From IMG/VR virus record IMGVR_UViG_3300021430_000595: 64,000 nucleotides of DNA; one strand, given 5' to 3'. A program made the position numbers and the translations under genes. The DNA comes from a virus. This document shows positions 60,074 to 64,000 of the stretch, piece by piece. How positions within the stretch are numbered: position 1 is the stretch's first letter; each line of letters opens with the position of its first letter. The notes under the pieces are model-generated. The model was not told the DNA's origin. It saw nothing but the letters and a program-made list of their open reading frames with translations, and ran no database searches.

Positions 60074-63000
60074 GGATTACACAAATAGTGAAAACATACT
60101 TGTAAAAGTTGACCAAAATAATCTTATCTATATTGACCCAAACAGTGTTGTGGATTCAAATGGTGATGCACAACCAAGAGGTCATAGACAAGAAAATTTG
60201 GTTATGTACGTTAACTTGGAAGCAGATTTAATTCCGAGAACAACCCTTATTGCTGATGATAATGTAGGAAATACTTTAACACAAATTGCAAAAGGTAATT
60301 TAAATTTTTTAAGAAACGCATCGGGAGATGGTAATTTTGATTCTACTTGGACCGATTCTTTCGTTCCAAAACCAATACAAGGACAAGAATCAACATATAG
60401 AGATGGTTATGATGTAACATTTGGTGAAAACCAATTTAAAGACCCAAGTGGTCAAACCTTTGGTATTGACTCTATCAGTATTAGTGTTAAAGGTGCAAAT
60501 TTTGTTCCTCAAGTTACAATTAATTTCATTGATGTTAGAGGTAAAACACTTTTTGAATCAAGTGAGAATTCACCGTACAGAGCGTTCTTTCATTTACCTT
60601 GGCCAATATTTTACTTAACAGTAAAAGGTTATTATGGTAAAGCGATTAGGTATAGATTACATATGACTAAGTTTAATTCTAAATTTAATGAGTCAAATGG
60701 TAATTTTGAAATAACAACAACATTTGTTGGTTCAACCTTTGCGTGGTTAAACGATATTCCATTATCTGCAGTCATAAATTGTCCATACATGTTTATTTCT
60801 GAAGAAAATAAAAACGTCACGTTTAATGAAAAAACAGGTCAATATGAAAGGAGAATTAAACATTCGTCAAGGGGATATGCAATTTTAAAATCAATTTATA
60901 ACCAATACGAGGCTAAAGGTTTAATACCTAAAGGATTTCCCGTAAGAACACTTAGGGAAATGGGTTATATAGCAGAAAGTTTAGATAAAATTCTCGAACA
61001 ACAAATTTTTAGTAATGTTGGAATGGATATTTTCCAAGGAATTAAAGAATTAGATGATTTAATTAATGAATTTGAAAACTCAATGAAATCTTGGGGTCAA
61101 ATAAACCTTTCTGATGAATTTTTTACGGTAAATATCAAAAATACTAACAATGAAATTGTACAACAACCATGGTATTATTTGAAAGATAAAGAAAAAACCA
61201 ATCCTAAAAAAATTATTGGTAATGACACTGGTTCATTAGAATTGGTCTTAAAAAATTTCAATGAAAAAATATCAGAATCTAGATTGTTTACCGAATCACT
61301 ATTAAACAACACTACCGGAGATTTTAAAAAAATATCAATTAGAAAAGTAAAAGATGTACAATCTTATTACAAAGAATTAACGGATAAAAAGTTAATTGTC
61401 CATATTGATGGTATTTTTGAGGATATCTTTTTAATAAGAAAATCATTTGAGGAACAAAGAAAAAAAGTTGAAGATGATGTTGAGGCTAGGATGAATGAAG
61501 TTATAAAAAGTAAAGATGGTTTTGGATTTGAACCAACCATAAGAAATATGTTTGCGGTCCTCTTAGCAAACGCTGAAGTTTATATACGACTAATGAAGGA
61601 CGTACATAACAAGGCGTTCGATGCTTCAAACACAAGAAAAACCTTAATTTCTAATCTTTCAAAAGAGTCTAAAGGTGAAAATATATATCCGTGGCCTGAA
61701 GTTAAAAAACCACAAACAGGTGGAAAACAAAATGTTATTGCATATCCGGGTGATGAACAATTAATTTCTAAATTAAAATCGTATGATAAGACCCTTTGGC
61801 CTGAAGTGGATTTTGTTGAAGAATTTATTAATATCACAACAAAAAGGGTTGAAACAAATGTTTCAAAAGAGCAAACAAGAAATGATGTTAATTACGTTTT
61901 TGATTCAAATTTAGATGCAAATAAAGTTGAGGATATTTGTGGTATTGATGTTGTAAGTGAAGAAATACCTTATCTTGATAAAACTTATGCGTCTTTTGTT
62001 TATGAGATTTATGAAAGAGCTCGTTATTTAACGATGTTTGATTCATTTAATAATAAAATCATAGAACAATTGGCCAATGAAGAATTTAAAAATATAAAAG
62101 AGTCAATATCTGATTATAGTGATTTGATTGAAATTGCAAAAAAATTAACATCATTAGATAGTTTCATTAAAATAAGAAATTCTGTACCAAAAAAAGATTC
62201 TAATAATGTACCAATATTAGATGAGAACGGTAGGGTAATTACACAAACCGAATATGATGGTTTATTACCGTCATTATCACCATTTGATAAATTCAATTTT
62301 CTCAGAGACAATTTACCAACAACAGGATATATTGTTGATTCATTAAATGAACCATTTAAATTTGAAAGTTATATTGAAAATGCAACAAATTCTAATGGTG
62401 ATTTAGACGAAGATAGTTTAAATAAGTTATTATTGAACTACAAACCTGAACCATATAGAAAAAACATATATCCGTTTAATTCAACAACTTATTTAGATTA
62501 CATCAATAAAGAATCATTTACTGATGATAACTTTAAATTTAATGGTATATTAAAATTAAACACATCACAAGGATTTATTAGTTCTCCTATCAGTATTAAT
62601 TCTTGGTTAAAAACAGGATTTAACGACCCACTTTCATCATTATATGGTGATATTGATTTATTTTCGAATACGATAAACATATCAGGAAACACAACATCAA
62701 TACTTAATACCCCATATTTTCATAATCAACTTTATTCAGATTTTAACAAATTAAACGTTAAAGGAAAATATGTGGGGTCAGCATATTTGTTACTCAATTC
62801 GTTACCTTTTATTGATTTAGATGAAGAAATAATATTTGAAGGAAACACAATATTAACGTCATCTTTATTTAGAGAAATTTCCGCAACTCATTTCGTACCT
62901 TATCATTTATTATTAAAATGGGAGTCGATTTATCATAGATATAAAACTCATTTAATTGATGGTTACGATATATTAGATGGTTGTATTAATTCAAGTTATA

Positions 63001-64000
63001 ACGTAAGACCATTATCAGGTAAAACTTTATTTGATAATAACACATCACTTACCGCAGCAATTATTGGTGGGGTGTCTAGTACAGGTACAACTGTTACAGT
63101 TCCTTCAGTGACCAATATACAAACAGGAATGAAAATTGTTGTTATTTCAGGTACCGGACAAACCGCAAATAACACGATTATAACAGGAATAACAAATTCA
63201 ACTACGATTGAATTATCACAAACACCTTTAACAGGACTTACAGGTGCGACGATTTATGTTGTTTATGATGAAAACATCACATTTGACATCATACCAAGAA
63301 TCTCCACATCTTCAGGTTCAACAACCGGTGTGACATATATTCCATATACGGATGTTATTCCATCAGTGACAGGTTCAACTACAGGTACAACTTATACGGG
63401 ATATACTAACGTTGGAGTTAACCCATTTTATCAAGCAATATATAGTCAAATAGTTAATGATTACTCCACATATAACACAAGTTTAGGTAATATTTCATAC
63501 AGTGCAAATACCGTTAATCAAAGAATACAACATAGGGTAAGAAAGAAATCAAATAGAAACTATTGGGACGTATTTTTAGATAATTCAAAATACATTTCAA
63601 CTGATAAGAATTACACTTTATTACCATCAATGGGTGGTATTGAAGAATATAAACTACAAAATGATGATGCATTTGAGTTTTCACAGGAGATAAGTTTTAG
63701 AACTCTATGGTACACTGACGATTTTTTCACAACTAGTTTTAGTGGTCAAACATTTCCGAGTCCTTATGAATATTTTAGAAGTACAGGAAATACTTTTTCA
63801 TTAACAACAAACTACAAAAAGGCACTGGATTTAATTGCAACATTTAGACCTGAGATATTAGAATACTTTGAAAGTTTCTTTATAGATTTTGCATCTCAAA
63901 AATTAAACGAACAAGTACCTTATGAAACTTTTAGAAACGTAAATTATTCTAAGTTTCAAGACATATTAAAAAAATTATCTGTTGTTGAAAAATTAGATAG
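60060..64000 (+). CDS. Very large baseplate/virion protein (3' partial, >1300 aa, absent from ORF track)
   Basis: ATG at 60060 overlaps the previous gene: MENNKDYTNSENILVKVDQNNLIYIDPN...FIDVRGKTLF..SPYRAFFHLPWPIFYLTVKGYYG. Appears open to the window end; not checked codon by codon. Confidence 0.8.
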   Translation, partial: MENNKDYTNSENILVKVDQNNLIYIDPNSVVDSNGDAQPRGHRQENLVMYVNLEADLIPRTTLIADDNVGNTLTQIAKGNLNFLRNASGDGNFDSTWTDSFVPKPIQGQESTYRDGYDVTFGENQFKDPSGQTFGIDSISISVKGANFVPQVTINFIDVRGKTLFESSENSPYRAFFHLPWPIFYLTVKGYYGKAIRYRLHMTKFNSKFNESNGNFEITTTFVGSTFAWLNDIPLSAVINCPYMFISEENKNVTFNEKTGQYERRIKHSSRGYAILKSIYNQYEAKGLIPKGFPVRTLREMGYIAESLDKILEQQIFSNVGMDIFQGIKELDDLINEFENSMKSWGQINLSDEFFTVNIKNTNNEIVQQPWYYLKDKEKTNPKKIIGNDTGSLELVLKNFNEKISESRLFTESLLNNTTGDFKKISIRKVKDVQSYYKELTDKKLIVHIDGIFEDIFLIRKSFEEQRKKVEDDVEARMNEVIKSKDGFGFEPTIRNMFAVLLANAEVYIRLMKDVHNKAFDASNTRKTLISNLSKESKGENIYPWPEVKKPQTGGKQNVIAYPGDEQLISKLKSYDKTLWPEVDFVEEFINITTKRVETNVSKEQTRNDVNYVFDSNLDANKVEDICGIDVVSEEIPYLDKTYASFVYEIYERARYLTMFDSFNNKIIEQLANEEFKNIKESISDYSDLIEIAKKLTSLDSFIKIRNSVPKKDSNNVPILDENGRVITQTEYDGLLPSLSPFDKFNFLRDNLPTTGYIVDSLNEPFKFESYIENATNSNGDLDEDSLNKLLLNYKPEPYRKNIYPFNSTTYLDYINKESFTDDNFKFNGILKLNTSQGFISSPISINSWLKTGFNDPLSSLYGDIDLFSNTINISGNTTSILNTPYFHNQLYSDFNKLNVKGKYVGSAYLLLNSLPFIDLDEEIIFEGNTILTSSLFREISATHFVPYHLLLKWESIYHRYKTHLIDGYDILDGCINSSYNVRPLSGKTLFDNNTSLTAAIIGGVSSTGTTVTVPSVTNIQTGMKIVVISGTGQTANNTIITGITNSTTIELSQTPLTGLTGATIYVVYDENITFDIIPRISTSSGSTTGVTYIPYTDVIPSVTGSTTGTTYTGYTNVGVNPFYQAIYSQIVNDYSTYNTSLGNISYSANTVNQRIQHRVRKKSNRNYWDVFLDNSKYISTDKNYTLLPSMGGIEEYKLQNDDAFEFSQEISFRTLWYTDDFFTTSFSGQTFPSPYEYFRSTGNTFSLTTNYKKALDLIATFRPEILEYFESFFIDFASQKLNEQVPYETFRNVNYSKFQDILKKLSVVEKLD

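Noticed and set aside
552-62692. Numerous short antisense or out-of-frame ORFs in the track (e.g. 552-857, 10364-10828, 34826-35023, 45473-45724, 53615-54040, 60421-62692)
   Set aside because: Shadows of longer motif-bearing genes, with mirror-image low-complexity composition.
1-64000. Stop-codon reassignment
   Set aside because: Core genes are full length in code 11, and TAA, TAG and TGA all end genes.

Overview
AT-rich 64 kb segment of a large T4-like (contractile-tailed) bacteriophage genome in standard genetic code, most likely infecting Bacteroidota. It carries the core morphogenesis genes (terminase, portal, prohead protease, scaffold, major capsid, neck gp13/gp14/gp15-like, sheath, tube, tail chaperone, tape measure, baseplate), a family B DNA polymerase, an SNF2 helicase, a gp55-like late sigma factor, nucleotide metabolism genes (dCMP deaminase, dUTPase, PhoH), three glycosyltransferases, two free-standing homing endonucleases and a phage-encoded ribosomal protein bS21. 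Signals not in the ORF track: (1) a start-less gp51-like ORF that appears reachable only by a +1/-2 frameshift at TTT-TTT-CGC in the tail chaperone; (2) a parS-like palindrome followed by a dense C(T/C)AG repeat cluster between sheath and tube; (3) a strand-specific TATTTAT motif before about 20 late genes, often only 4-5 nt from the ATG (probably leaderless mRNAs), distinct from three canonical Bacteroidota TTTG-N19/21-TAnnTTTG promoters; (4) a shared helix / (I/L)xE signature that may target proteins to the capsid; (5) an unannotated ribbon-helix-helix gene. All family assignments are by motif recognition from memory; no searches were run.
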